Source of the DNA: Slackia sp.
Lineage (GTDB): Bacteria > Actinomycetota > Coriobacteriia > Coriobacteriales > Eggerthellaceae
Length of the DNA: 64,000 bases
Assembly (NCBI GenBank): GCA_047240885.1
Contig: JBKTHK010000004.1
Coordinates: forward strand, 47-64,046
Direction: 5' to 3'
In this document: positions 1 to 9,409 of the stretch, piece by piece
Layout of the letters: every line of letters starts with the position of its first letter
Numbering within the stretch: position 1 is the stretch's first letter
Notes under the pieces: model-generated
Database searches by the model: none
What the model saw: the letters and a program-made list of their open reading frames with translations, nothing else
What the model was told of the DNA's origin: nothing
Made by a program: the position numbers and the translations under genes

Positions 1-596
1 TTTGAGCCCTTGCCGTCTTCGACCGCGATCCGAAACGTTTCCGGCGGTTCAAGCCCCACGATGACAAGAGGGGCCGGCAGCATGGTGCCGAGGGGCTTTA
101 AATACTGCACGTAGTCTTCGTATGTCCCGACCGCGCTGTCGAATCCGCCAGCCTCTTTCATGGCCTGCGTCGCCGTAATCACAACGCCGCCGCTGGTCTG
201 GATGGCCTTTTGCACATGATTGAGCTCGCTTGCCAGGGTGGGTTTGATAAGGTTCCATGAAATGTCGGAACGATGGTTGAAAGCAACCTCGACGCTGAGC
301 GCATCCTTGGCGAAATCCAATCGCCAGGTGCCTTTCGCCGCGCGCCCGTACTCTTCATCGGCGAAAATATAACTTTCGGGCTCCCATGCGCGCTTGACCA
401 GCTCCGCCTTCACCAGACGATTGATGGCCTGCGATATCGACTTCGCCTTGCGCGCTTCGCCTTCGAATTCCTTAATGATCATGTCATCGGAAATGCTCGC
501 AAGCGCATCTTCTATTTCGCCCCACAGGCACGCGTATTCCGCCAGCTCCCTGAAGAGAAAATCCGCATGCCTGTGTCCGTGAATCCTGTACTTCAT
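1..596 (-). CDS. BglII/BstYI-family restriction endonuclease-like protein (3' end runs off the window)
   Basis: Hand-translated from the ATG at 596, with no stop in about 198 codons: MKYRIHGHRHADFLF...WRLDFAKDALSVEVAFNHRSDISWNLIKP...GGVVITATQAMK...PLVIVGLEPP. The DFxK...VEVxF, GVVIT and terminal LxIVGL pattern resembles BglII/BstYI-type PD-(D/E)xK enzymes. Confidence 0.7.
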   Translation of the reverse strand, partial: MKYRIHGHRHADFLFRELAEYACLWGEIEDALASISDDMIIKEFEGEARKAKSISQAINRLVKAELVKRAWEPESYIFADEEYGRAAKGTWRLDFAKDALSVEVAFNHRSDISWNLIKPTLASELNHVQKAIQTSGGVVITATQAMKEAGGFDSAVGTYEDYVQYLKPLGTMLPAPLVIVGLEPPETFRIAVEDGKGS

Positions 597-603
597 AATG
601 CGA

Positions 604-2109
604 TTAGTCGATGTAGGGAGAATTGCGGTCTTGCTCTATCTTGGTCATGCGCTCGATATTGGCCTTCTCGTTCGCGTTCAGCATAGATTCGCTGAACTCC
701 TCAGGCGTATAACGGGGGTCGTACCAACTCTTCGAGCCGAAATACTCCTGCAAATCGCTGTTTTTGAAGATGCGTCCGTGGCGTGCGAAAATCTCGTTAC
801 GGGCAAGATACAGCTCGTAATCCAACATCTCTTCAAGCTCAGCGTTGGAATACGTTCTCGAAGAGCTTTCCGGAAGAACATAGCCGTTGGAATCGGAAAG
901 AGAACTTCCTCCGCTCTTCTTCGAGGCAGGCGCGCTATCCGAAGTCTCCGCCACTTTGAAGCTTGCAAGAATGGCGATAACCTCTTGCTCGGTCTGTTTG
1001 TCAAGCTCTTCGTTGGTCATGCATGTGAAGCTAATCCAGGAGCTGTAGGGGAATGCCGGAAGACCAGAGCTCATGTCCATATACGAGGGACTGCTCAACG
1101 CCGCATCGGGAATAACGGCATAGACCGTGCCGTTATCGACGCCGTCAACGCGCAGCGTACCGCGCATGACCCCGAAAGAGCCCAAATCGCTATGGTTAGT
1201 ACCCTGGACATAAGAAGGAACGAAGGATGAATCCGCCACGCGCTCAACGTCGACAAATTCGGCGACGGCACTGCCAGAGGGGTACGAGCCCCAATGCTGG
1301 TACGAGACCTTGGCGCCGTTACGCAAGTTCTCTATGCTCACATACTCGCCCGAAGCTGCCACCGACTCGTCCACGACAGCCCACTCCGAGCCAGGATACT
1401 GGAACGTGAACGCGGGATACGTGATTTCATTCACTTCCGAAAAGCGTGTCGTGTAGCTGTCCGTAAGATTGACGACAACGGGCTCGGAAGCCGCCTCTTC
1501 TTCCTTTTCTTTCTCAGGAGAACCTTCCGTCGATTCGGGCTGCTGGACCGCAGGAGCGGAATCCTGCGCGGCACCTTCGTCGGAAGCGGGCGTCGACCCC
1601 GCCTTGCCGAAGACGAGCACGACAAGAATGATGACAATCACCAATAGCACAACCGCAACGCCAATGCCAATGATCAGGGGTTTTTTCGACACCGTGGATG
1701 TCTGCTTCATGGGCGCATCGGCCACAGCAGGAGCCCCTTCCCCTGGGGCAAACGCGCTTTCCACGCTTTCGACGCCATAGAGGGACTCCGTCGCCCGCGC
1801 GGCAGCCTCCCGGTCATTTTGGGCCTCGCGCGTCATATCGGACTCGACGTCGACCATCACCGTTTCATAACGAGAAGACGCCGCAGTACCTGCAGAGTCA
1901 ACAGCCGTTGCAGCATAGACAGGCGTAGTGGCTTCCACGGCATCCGAAGACGCAACGGCACCAGCAGACGGCTCCAAGGAGGCATCCGCGTCTTTGCTAG
2001 CAACGGGATTGCCGCATTTCGTGCAGAAAGAAACCCCCTCTTCCAGCGGAAAACCGCATGCTGTGCAATAACCGTTCGTTCCTTGGGATGCTTTATCGTG
2101 CTGTTCCAT
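604..2109 (-). CDS. Zinc-ribbon / single TM / YARHG-domain membrane protein
   Basis: N-terminal CTACG...CTKCG zinc ribbon, one hydrophobic helix (IIGIGVAVVLLVIVIILVVLVF), C-terminal LARNEIFARHG...SWY YARHG domain. ATG at 2109 follows GAGGGG. Confidence 0.85.
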   Translation of the reverse strand: MEQHDKASQGTNGYCTACGFPLEEGVSFCTKCGNPVASKDADASLEPSAGAVASSDAVEATTPVYAATAVDSAGTAASSRYETVMVDVESDMTREAQNDREAAARATESLYGVESVESAFAPGEGAPAVADAPMKQTSTVSKKPLIIGIGVAVVLLVIVIILVVLVFGKAGSTPASDEGAAQDSAPAVQQPESTEGSPEKEKEEEAASEPVVVNLTDSYTTRFSEVNEITYPAFTFQYPGSEWAVVDESVAASGEYVSIENLRNGAKVSYQHWGSYPSGSAVAEFVDVERVADSSFVPSYVQGTNHSDLGSFGVMRGTLRVDGVDNGTVYAVIPDAALSSPSYMDMSSGLPAFPYSSWISFTCMTNEELDKQTEQEVIAILASFKVAETSDSAPASKKSGGSSLSDSNGYVLPESSSRTYSNAELEEMLDYELYLARNEIFARHGRIFKNSDLQEYFGSKSWYDPRYTPEEFSESMLNANEKANIERMTKIEQDRNSPYID

Positions 2110-2233
2110 GAATCCCCCTCGCAAATACCGACGAAAACCAGGCGTCCTCTATAGTAACGAATCTCTTGCGCGCCAACCTTCAAGCACCCAAGGGCGCGCA
2201 GACATTTCGATGACGCACGGCGCGCTCCGTGTC

Positions 2234-3083
2234 CTAGAAAGCTTCGTGCGTCCGATACTCCTTGTAGTTCGCGAAATACGAAGCGAACTCGGGAGATGTA
2301 TCCGAATTGCCCGTTCTCCACGCCTTATGGTCAATTATCTCGCTTTCGAATCCGTAATAGGCGTCTATGTAGGCAATCAAAGCGTCAAGGGCCCGCAGTT
2401 GCTCTTCGGGATAATCCCCCTCGCCGCCTCTATGAACCATCTCTATGCCGACCGAATACGAATTCATGCCATAGTCAGACGCCCAATCGCCGATAGGCGT
2501 CGTGCCCACCTTGTCATCTCGGCTTTCATCCTCCACGCCGAACGCCGCATTATGACCCGTATCGCCGAAGCCCGCATGATGGGCTATTTCGTCCAAAGAA
2601 ACGCACTGGACTATAGAGCCGTCTTTGTTCACGATAAAGTGCGCCGCGACACCGTTTCCGCTCGCATCCCACCAAGACACGACAGACGCAGCATCCGCCG
2701 ATCCTTCGGTGTCGTGCAAGACGATGTATTTCTGATACTCCGCAGGCTTGGGACCGTGCGAAAACGAATCCCGATAGTCCTCCGACAAAGCAAGCGACGC
2801 GCGCAGTTCTTCGGCAGAAGGATGCGCTGCGGCGGCTTCTTCTAAAAACGAAGAACGCTCGTCGAGCATCTTGAACAGAGCCGGAGAAGCTTGACGAAAG
2901 GCGCCCACCAAAACGGACCCTCCGTTTTGACCAACCTCGGATGCCGCCCACGCAGCACTACCATGCGGGCTCAAAACACCGCAGGTCATGGCCGCAAAGA
3001 AAGCAGGCCGCAACTGCACGGCCTGCTCTTGGAAGAATTCGATGTGCAACGCCGTCTTGCTGTGCTGCATTCATACGAATCAT
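2234..3083 (-). CDS. N-acetylmuramoyl-L-alanine amidase (Amidase_2), probably secreted
   Basis: IVLHDT, AHFIV, AHHAG, SVGIE and IIDH Zn-amidase motifs. Start is uncertain; a probable 1-nt indel near 3000 would join MIRMNAAQ...AVAACFL to AAMTCGVL..AWA, giving a signal peptide. Confidence 0.85.
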
Positions 3084-3107
3084 ACGTTCATTCCGTTCCT
3101 CTACCGT

Positions 3108-4205
3108 CTACGAAAGCGAGCCCTTGGAGTCTTTCGCTTCTTCGGCCCATTCGGGAGCAAAACGAGCAACCCACAGGCCAACAGCGCGCATAGACCATAC
3201 TTCGGCAAGGCCGTTAAAGAAGAAGAACAGCGCACCGATTACGAAGAACATCACACCGAGCGCGGAAACGATTCCGAGCACCGCACCGACAGGATCGTAA
3301 GAGAGCATCGATATGGCGCCAAGGCCACCGTATCCACCGTATCCCGAATAGCCGTACGCCATGGAAGAGCCCGCGAAGGAAACCGCAGCCATGATAAGAA
3401 GAATCAGAACAAGGACCAACACGAAAACGACATTGACGATGATGGCCGGCACACACGCCGCAGCAAGCAACGATCCGATGCGCTTCTTGTATGCGCGGAA
3501 AATTTCCGACAGCTCGAACGCCTGGCCCAAGGCCTTGTACACAGCCATGCGCATAACCGCCAGCGAGTAGAAAGCGCCGGCAAACAAGTTGATGACGAAT
3601 ACGAGAACGAACCCGATGAAGGGAATGAAATTCAGGGCGAGCATCCAAACGCTGGCTATATTGAGCAACGTAGTCAGCAGCGCCATGAACAGGCCCGTCA
3701 GGAAGGTCTTCCTGTCGAACACGCCCTTGGGAAGCGGCGCATTGCTGCCGCGTGCGGCCTGAGCGCCCCACTGCACGTTATAGCCGGATGCGTAGAACGA
3801 AAGAATGGGCACGCACTTCATGACCATAAGGAGCAATACACGCTTGATCCAGCCGGGCGACGAAATGATATCGTGAAAAGCAGTACCCAAGCATCCTCTC
3901 TGAACAGGCATGGACGGCTGACCCTGGTGAGGGGTCTGGCTGTGCGCCGTATAGCTTACGCCCGCCTCGGGGCGAGCGTAAGGATTGGAGACGCTTTGAG
4001 CCTGCGCCGGAGCATAGCCGACCGGAACCTGGACAGGCTGGGCGACAGGCTGAGGGGCAGGCGCGGCTTCTTGAACCGGGCTGAAAGCCGACGTCTCAGA
4101 CGACGAAACGGAAGCTTCGACCACAGGCTCCTCGACCTTCGAACCGCACTTTCCGCAGTACACCGAGCCCTGCGATAGTTCATTGCCGCATTTCTGACAC
4201 TGCAT
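3108..4205 (-). CDS. Zinc-ribbon + DUF4013-like multi-TM membrane protein
   Basis: MQCQKCG...YCGKCG, then a Pro/Gln linker, then WIKRVLLL..PILSF..GY and several TM helices. GGAGG RBS upstream. Confidence 0.7.
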   Translation of the reverse strand: MQCQKCGNELSQGSVYCGKCGSKVEEPVVEASVSSSETSAFSPVQEAAPAPQPVAQPVQVPVGYAPAQAQSVSNPYARPEAGVSYTAHSQTPHQGQPSMPVQRGCLGTAFHDIISSPGWIKRVLLLMVMKCVPILSFYASGYNVQWGAQAARGSNAPLPKGVFDRKTFLTGLFMALLTTLLNIASVWMLALNFIPFIGFVLVFVINLFAGAFYSLAVMRMAVYKALGQAFELSEIFRAYKKRIGSLLAAACVPAIIVNVVFVLVLVLILLIMAAVSFAGSSMAYGYSGYGGYGGLGAISMLSYDPVGAVLGIVSALGVMFFVIGALFFFFNGLAEVWSMRAVGLWVARFAPEWAEEAKDSKGSLS

Positions 4206-4319
4206 GGAAACCTCCGCTCCCTTCGCGCGGTTCAATCCATCATGCGACAATCGGAACCTGTCGCAGCCAACCGCGGGAACCGCAATCGCCGTCGGCTTTA
4301 CCAGTATAAACTTCTACTT

Positions 4320-5183
4320 CTACGAACGAAATGTCACGCCTTCGGGAAGATCGACGCTCGAGATATCGAAGGCGTCCTCATCTTCGACCTCTTCCTCCTG
4401 CACGACGACGGGAGCCTTCTCTTCCTCCGGCTTGCCGAATGCAGCGTCGAAAGCGTCGAAGTGCGCCCGCGGAACGGCGAACACCACACGGGCGAGCGAA
4501 CCCGGGTGAGCATCGAGCCATGTCTTGAAAAGCTCAATCACCTGCGACGATGCATACCCCAGATTTCCGCAGGCAAATGCGCCACAGACAAGCGTTTCGC
4601 ATTCGTTTGCCACGGCGATGCGCAGAATGGTCTCAATGCGTGCTGCGAGAGCAGTATCGCACTCGCGCTCGGAGCGGTGGTTCTCGAGGGCGCGAACGCG
4701 CAACGGCTCGGAAATAGCCAGGACATCGGCCTTGCGCATGGCTCCGTCATGCTGGAACACCACTTCGGGAATGTATGCCGCGCGATCGGTGCAAAGCATG
4801 CCGCGTCGGTAATCGCGGTTTTTATCGTGGTACGTCTCTTTGAGGCCGCACAAAATCTGATACAGGTTGCTCTCGGAGCACATAACCTGCTCGGGGCCAA
4901 ATGCGCCGTCTTCGTATGCGCCGCCAGGACGCGTGAAAGCGGCCGGATCCACGATCAGGGTCTTGCCCGTCGCGTATCGATACGCGGCTTCAGGGATGAA
5001 AGCCTTGGTCACCACGGTTTCGGTAGACTCGAAAGCCGGCTCGAGAATGGAAAGTTCACGGCCCTCCCCTTCTTCATAGACAACCGTTGCCGCAACGGCC
5101 GCCTGCGTTTCCGCCGCAAACGCACCTTTCATGAGAGCTTCGTGCTTAGAAGCCTGGATTTTACGCTCTTCGCGATCAGCCAT
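4320..5183 (-). CDS. Bacterial PARG-like macrodomain protein (TIGR02452/DUF2263-like)
   Basis: PGGAYEDGAFGPEQxxCxxSNLY and LVCGAFACG motifs; acidic tail. ATG follows AGGAGG. Confidence 0.8.
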   Translation of the reverse strand: MADREERKIQASKHEALMKGAFAAETQAAVAATVVYEEGEGRELSILEPAFESTETVVTKAFIPEAAYRYATGKTLIVDPAAFTRPGGAYEDGAFGPEQVMCSESNLYQILCGLKETYHDKNRDYRRGMLCTDRAAYIPEVVFQHDGAMRKADVLAISEPLRVRALENHRSERECDTALAARIETILRIAVANECETLVCGAFACGNLGYASSQVIELFKTWLDAHPGSLARVVFAVPRAHFDAFDAAFGKPEEEKAPVVVQEEEVEDEDAFDISSVDLPEGVTFRS

Positions 5184-5440
5184 GACGCCTCCTGATACCA
5201 TCTCTTCTACGTTACGAACCGACGCGCACAACGCAGGTTTCGCAGTCTGCCAACCTGCCGCATCGTTCGTATGCGATTCGTCTTATAACGAATCCATGAT
5301 ATCGAAGCCGTGAAGTCGGACAATCGTCTTTGGAGAAAAAGCGACGGATAGTCCGAAAGGACGCAAGCCGACCGCAGCCTGCCGACGTGGACGAAGCAAT
5401 ACGCGGCACAACATGAGAACGAGCGGAAGGAAGCCAGGCC

Positions 5441-6241
5441 ATGTGCAGAAGGTTTACGATGCTGACCTGGGATGAAACCATCTCCGTTGTTCGCAGCCTC
5501 GAGGTGCATGCGCCGCTGAACCCCGTACCCGACTGGCCCGCGCGACGCATCGACGCATTTCCCGGTGCGGAAGTCGGCGTCATCGTCGGCGGTGGATGCG
5601 CACAAATCTGCCGCGCATGCCCATTTCCGTGCAACAGCAGCCAACGCCGACCGGGCGAAAGCCCTCGCTCAACCAGCAACGGCCAGCGGCCGTTCTTGCA
5701 TGGTACGCTTGACGTGCAATCTCTGCGTTGGGGCTATCCGATGCCCCCTGACGAAAAACTCGTCTTCAATACGCGCCTAGAACGAGCGCCCTTTTCGCCC
5801 CTCTGGAGTGATTCATTCGAAAAACGACGCTGCATTGTTCCTGTCGCAGCATTCTATGAAACCTCGAGCAGCGAATACGCCCTGAACCCTACGGGCCGAA
5901 AGGTGAAGCAGGTGTATCGCTTTGGGTGCGGCAAGCCGGCGGGCGGCGAGGACGGCAACGAAGGCCTCGGGGCAACAACCGAGGCAGACGAATCCTCCGT
6001 AAAAGTTCGCCCTCTTCTTCTAGGAGGAATTTGGCAGGACGACCGATTCTCCATCGTGACAACCGAACCGAACGAAGCCGTGCGCCCAGTTCACGACCGC
6101 ATGCCACTCGCGCTTTCCATGCAAGGGGCCCTTGCATGGCTTGCTGGAGACGCGGATGCCGAACAGCTTGTCCCATCGAGTATGAAAAGCACAGCTCTTT
6201 ACCCTACGGCCCCCGAGCAAGAGCAGCTCACGCTGTTTTAG
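5441..6241 (+). CDS. SOS response-associated peptidase (SRAP/YedK/HMCES family)
   Basis: N-terminal MCxRF, then RWG, FNTR, RRCIVP..FYE, TTEPN and VHDRMP motifs. Confidence 0.92.
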   Translation: MCRRFTMLTWDETISVVRSLEVHAPLNPVPDWPARRIDAFPGAEVGVIVGGGCAQICRACPFPCNSSQRRPGESPRSTSNGQRPFLHGTLDVQSLRWGYPMPPDEKLVFNTRLERAPFSPLWSDSFEKRRCIVPVAAFYETSSSEYALNPTGRKVKQVYRFGCGKPAGGEDGNEGLGATTEADESSVKVRPLLLGGIWQDDRFSIVTTEPNEAVRPVHDRMPLALSMQGALAWLAGDADAEQLVPSSMKSTALYPTAPEQEQLTLF

Positions 6242-6479
6242 CAGACAAGCGCGGCGCTTCGAAGAAGAGTTCGTCTGCCTAACGACTCCGCCGACGAGAA
6301 CTTCTTCATGCCTTCTAAATGATATAAATGTAGTATCATTTAAGAGTATTGTGCCAAGCTCTTGGAGGCCGCCAATCGCACGCGAGGCCAAGGGCAAGCG
6401 CTCGAACACAGGCAGCCGCCAGAAATGTCAGACCAACCAACGACCCGCGCCATTGCCAAACGGCCTGAAGGATGAAGCC

Positions 6480-6915
6480 ATGAACGACGATGCAGCAAAA
6501 CCCGTGAGCCTGTTCAAGCGACTTATGGACCCAACTCGATATCCAGGCTCATGCAGCTGTTCCTGTCGGCGTGCTGTTCGTTCTGGGAGGCATCCTCTCG
6601 GTGCTGCTTTTGGTAAGCACCTGGAACCTTATCATGCTTGTATTCGTCTCCCACGAAATGAGCGGCTCGGAGATTCTTGGATCAATCGTAACCTGGTTCC
6701 TCTACTTCGAGTTCCTAGCGCTGATAACCAAGTACTACCAGTCGGGCCTTCACTTCCCGCTGCGCTACTTCATCTATATCGGCATCACCGCCATCATTAG
6801 GCTGATCATTCTCTACCATGACGACCCGGTGCACACGCTTATCTTCTCCGTCTCTATTCTCGTCCTCGTGGTGGCGCTCTACCTCGCGAACACGAAGCTG
6901 CTCAAGCGCGAGTAG
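6480..6915 (+). CDS. psiE: Phosphate-starvation-inducible PsiE membrane protein (N-terminus apparently frameshifted)
   Basis: [35 protein letters not shown] signature. The likely ATG at 6480 is out of frame with 6571..6915. Confidence 0.85.
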
Positions 6916-6946
6916 CCTTCCGACGAAAACCTGCCGCAAAACAGCG

Positions 6947-6999
6947 ATGCTCGCCGTCTGCGTCATGCGCATCTCAGATGCGACGCAGACGGCGAGCAT
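6947..6999. terminator. Long inverted repeat between convergent genes
   Basis: ATGCTCGCCGTCTGCGTC ... GACGCAGACGGCGAGCAT forms an 18-bp perfect stem, with an inner GCATCT/AGATGC stem. Confidence 0.65.
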
Positions 7000-7013
7000 T
7001 GCGAACGGCGCGT

Positions 7014-7400
7014 TTACAGATAAGCGGAGCCGCGGCGCTCTTCCACGCTTCGAATAGTAAGCGCGTTCTTCTTCTCGACGGCGTTAAGAGCATCTTCGTC
7101 GAAGGCCTCCGGAGAAACAGTCGGCTCATACCAGGACTGCTGCGCGAAATGATTCGCCAGGTCGTCATTGGCGAACGTGCGGCCGTGACGAGCGAAGATT
7201 TCATTGCGAGCAATATAGAGCTCATAATCGCTCAAGCCGCTCTTCCGTTATGCCTTCGGCAGGGACGGCGCATCCGAATCCAACAAAGTTCGTATAGCGA
7301 AAACGCGGAACGCCGCCCGATAGCTCCATGGAGCTGCCGTCGAGAGCCTCCTGAGGCACCAATGCGTAATAGTCATTCTTTTGCAGATACAGGCCGTATG
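7014..7400 (-). pseudogene. YARHG-domain gene remnant
   Basis: SDYELYIARNEIFARHG...SWY is paralogous to the C-terminus of 604..2109. Frameshift near 7230; no signal peptide or convincing start before the tRNA terminator. Confidence 0.6.
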
Positions 7401-7410
7401 CGAGAGCAAT

Positions 7411-7434
7411 AAAAAAGGCATCCAATGGATGCCT
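7411..7434 (-). terminator. Intrinsic terminator of the tRNA
   Basis: AGGCATCC/GGATGCCT hairpin followed by a T run on the minus strand. Confidence 0.75.
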
Positions 7435-7441
7435 GAAATTT

Positions 7442-7518
7442 TGGTCGCGGGGGCCGGATTTGAACCGACGGCCTCCGGGTTATGAGCCCGGCGAGCTACC
7501 AGACTGCTCCACCCCGCA
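7442..7518 (-). tRNA. Initiator tRNA-fMet (CAT)
   Basis: TGCGGGGTGGAGCAGTCTGGTAGCTCGCCGGGCTCATAACCCGGAGGCCGTCGGTTCAAATCCGGCCCCCGCGACCA. CAT anticodon, GGG/CCC anticodon stem, non-Watson-Crick 1:72 pair, encoded CCA. Confidence 0.97.
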
Positions 7519-7673
7519 ATATGTAATGTCCTGTAAGGCGAAAAGTTATATTACGCGCACCGTTAAGGTTTTGCAAGCATTCAACCCGCTAACGGCATGC
7601 TTATCACTGTTTCTTCACAAATGAATATCCTACGCACGCACGACGTCGAACGCCTTCGGCAACCATGTACGCG

Positions 7674-8096
7674 CTATTCGTCGTCTTTTAAAGGGCCAAG
7701 CAGAAACATGTTGTGCGTAGACTGGAAAAGCATCTTGCCTGTTGCAGCCTCGCGCGTAGTAACGCGAATGACCGCCGTAGAGCGTCCCTTATGAAGGGGT
7801 TCAGTCTCCACATCCACCTTGCAGCACGGCACCGCCTTGAAGAAATTGACCGTCGCGCTGTTGCATACATTGTTCACACCGAACGAATACGTGGCAAACC
7901 CGCAGCCGATTTCACCAATGAAGTATCCCGTTCCGCCGTGAATGCCGCCGCGATAATTGCCCAGGCTCGCAGGGATATCCATGGTGAAATGAACATAGCC
8001 CGGCTCTTTGACCTCAAGAATCTCGATGTTATCCCTAAACTCCGCAAGAGGAGGGATGTTGCATTTCATCTTATCGATAAGCGCCGCATCAACCAT
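7674..8096 (-). CDS. PaaI-family hotdog-fold thioesterase
   Basis: NYRGGIHGG motif and HKGRSTAVIRV; 140 aa; AGGAGG RBS. Confidence 0.85.
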   Translation of the reverse strand: MVDAALIDKMKCNIPPLAEFRDNIEILEVKEPGYVHFTMDIPASLGNYRGGIHGGTGYFIGEIGCGFATYSFGVNNVCNSATVNFFKAVPCCKVDVETEPLHKGRSTAVIRVTTREAATGKMLFQSTHNMFLLGPLKDDE

Positions 8097-8314
8097 GGCA
8101 ACCTCCTAGAATATAGGCGAGCACTGACTCGTTCATTGTCCGCCCATAAAGAACATGCCGCCATGGGCAAACCTTGAAGCTTGTCCATGGCGGCATTGCG
8201 CGAACGCACGAATCGTCTTGGCCGAGGCGGCATTGCGCGAACGTGCGGACTTTTCGGCACCGCACAAACGCAGAAGCCGTATTGACTACAACGGCGACGC
8301 GAACACAGAAAGCC

Positions 8315-9385
8315 TTATGCGCGCTCCACCAGATAACCACAGTGAATTTTCGGATTGCGCTCGAAATCGTACGGAATGGTCTTCTTCGTTATGTCCGTGA
8401 GCTTTACGCCCTGAGCCTCAAGCGCCTCCACATCTGGCTTGAAATTGCGCAGATTGCAACTGAACACCGCAACGCCACCCGGGGCAAGCAGCCTTACCAC
8501 GTGAGAAAGAAGCTTCACGTGATCGCGCTGCACGCTCCAGGTGTTTTTACCCATGGCCTTAGAATTAGAAAACGTAGGCGGATCAACGAAGATCAAATCA
8601 AAACGCTCATCGCCCTTCACCGCGCGAACCATCCACTGCAGCACGTCCGCTCGTTCGAAACGATGCTCGGAACCGTCGCAACCGTTGAGGGCCATGTTGC
8701 GGCGCGCCCAATTCAGATACGTCTGCGACAAGTCCACCGTCAACGTTGACGCCGCGCCGCCCACGGCAGCATGTACCGTACACGTGCCCGTGTATGAAAA
8801 CAGGTTCAGAAAACGCTTGCCGTCGGCCATCTCTCCCACCATTTCGCGCGTTACGCGGTGGTCGAGGAAGATGCCCGTGTCGAGATAGCTCCCCATATCC
8901 ACTTCGAAGATATTGCCCGTCTCCTGCGTGAACATGAGGTAGCCCTCTTTTTGCTGGTCGACATACTGACCGCCGCCCTTTTCGCGACGACGCGTTTTCG
9001 CGAACACGCGACCCGACGGAATGCCCGTCACCGCAGACGCGATAGCAACTGCGTCCTCGAAGCGCGCCTCTGCCTTCGCCTGATCGATGGTTTTCGGCGC
9101 CTGATATTCGGCAACGATTAGACAGCTCTGCCCCTCGCTTTTCCAAACACCGTCATAGCGGTCGATCGCCACGGCAAAGTCGGGCAGGTCGGCATCGTAG
9201 ATGCGATAGCACGAGACGTCGTTCTTGCGCGCCCACTTCCGACGGTCTTTCGCCACCTTCTTGAATCGCGCGGCAAACTGATCAGATCCTTTGTCGCGCA
9301 CAGGAACGGAAATCTCCGCGCCTGTTTCCAGATTGGCCACCTTGATCGTGGCCACGTACTCTTGTGCAAAATGAAAAGGTGTCAT
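8315..9385 (-). CDS. 23S rRNA methyltransferase, RlmK-like (C-terminal half of RlmKL)
   Basis: CYRIYDADLPDF, YLDTGIFLDHR, FLNLFSYTG, DLSQTYL, DPPTFSNSK and DFERNPKIH motifs. Confidence 0.85.
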   Translation of the reverse strand: MTPFHFAQEYVATIKVANLETGAEISVPVRDKGSDQFAARFKKVAKDRRKWARKNDVSCYRIYDADLPDFAVAIDRYDGVWKSEGQSCLIVAEYQAPKTIDQAKAEARFEDAVAIASAVTGIPSGRVFAKTRRREKGGGQYVDQQKEGYLMFTQETGNIFEVDMGSYLDTGIFLDHRVTREMVGEMADGKRFLNLFSYTGTCTVHAAVGGAASTLTVDLSQTYLNWARRNMALNGCDGSEHRFERADVLQWMVRAVKGDERFDLIFVDPPTFSNSKAMGKNTWSVQRDHVKLLSHVVRLLAPGGVAVFSCNLRNFKPDVEALEAQGVKLTDITKKTIPYDFERNPKIHCGYLVERA

Positions 9386-9409
9386 GCAGTTCCTTACAGA
9401 AGGGTTTGT

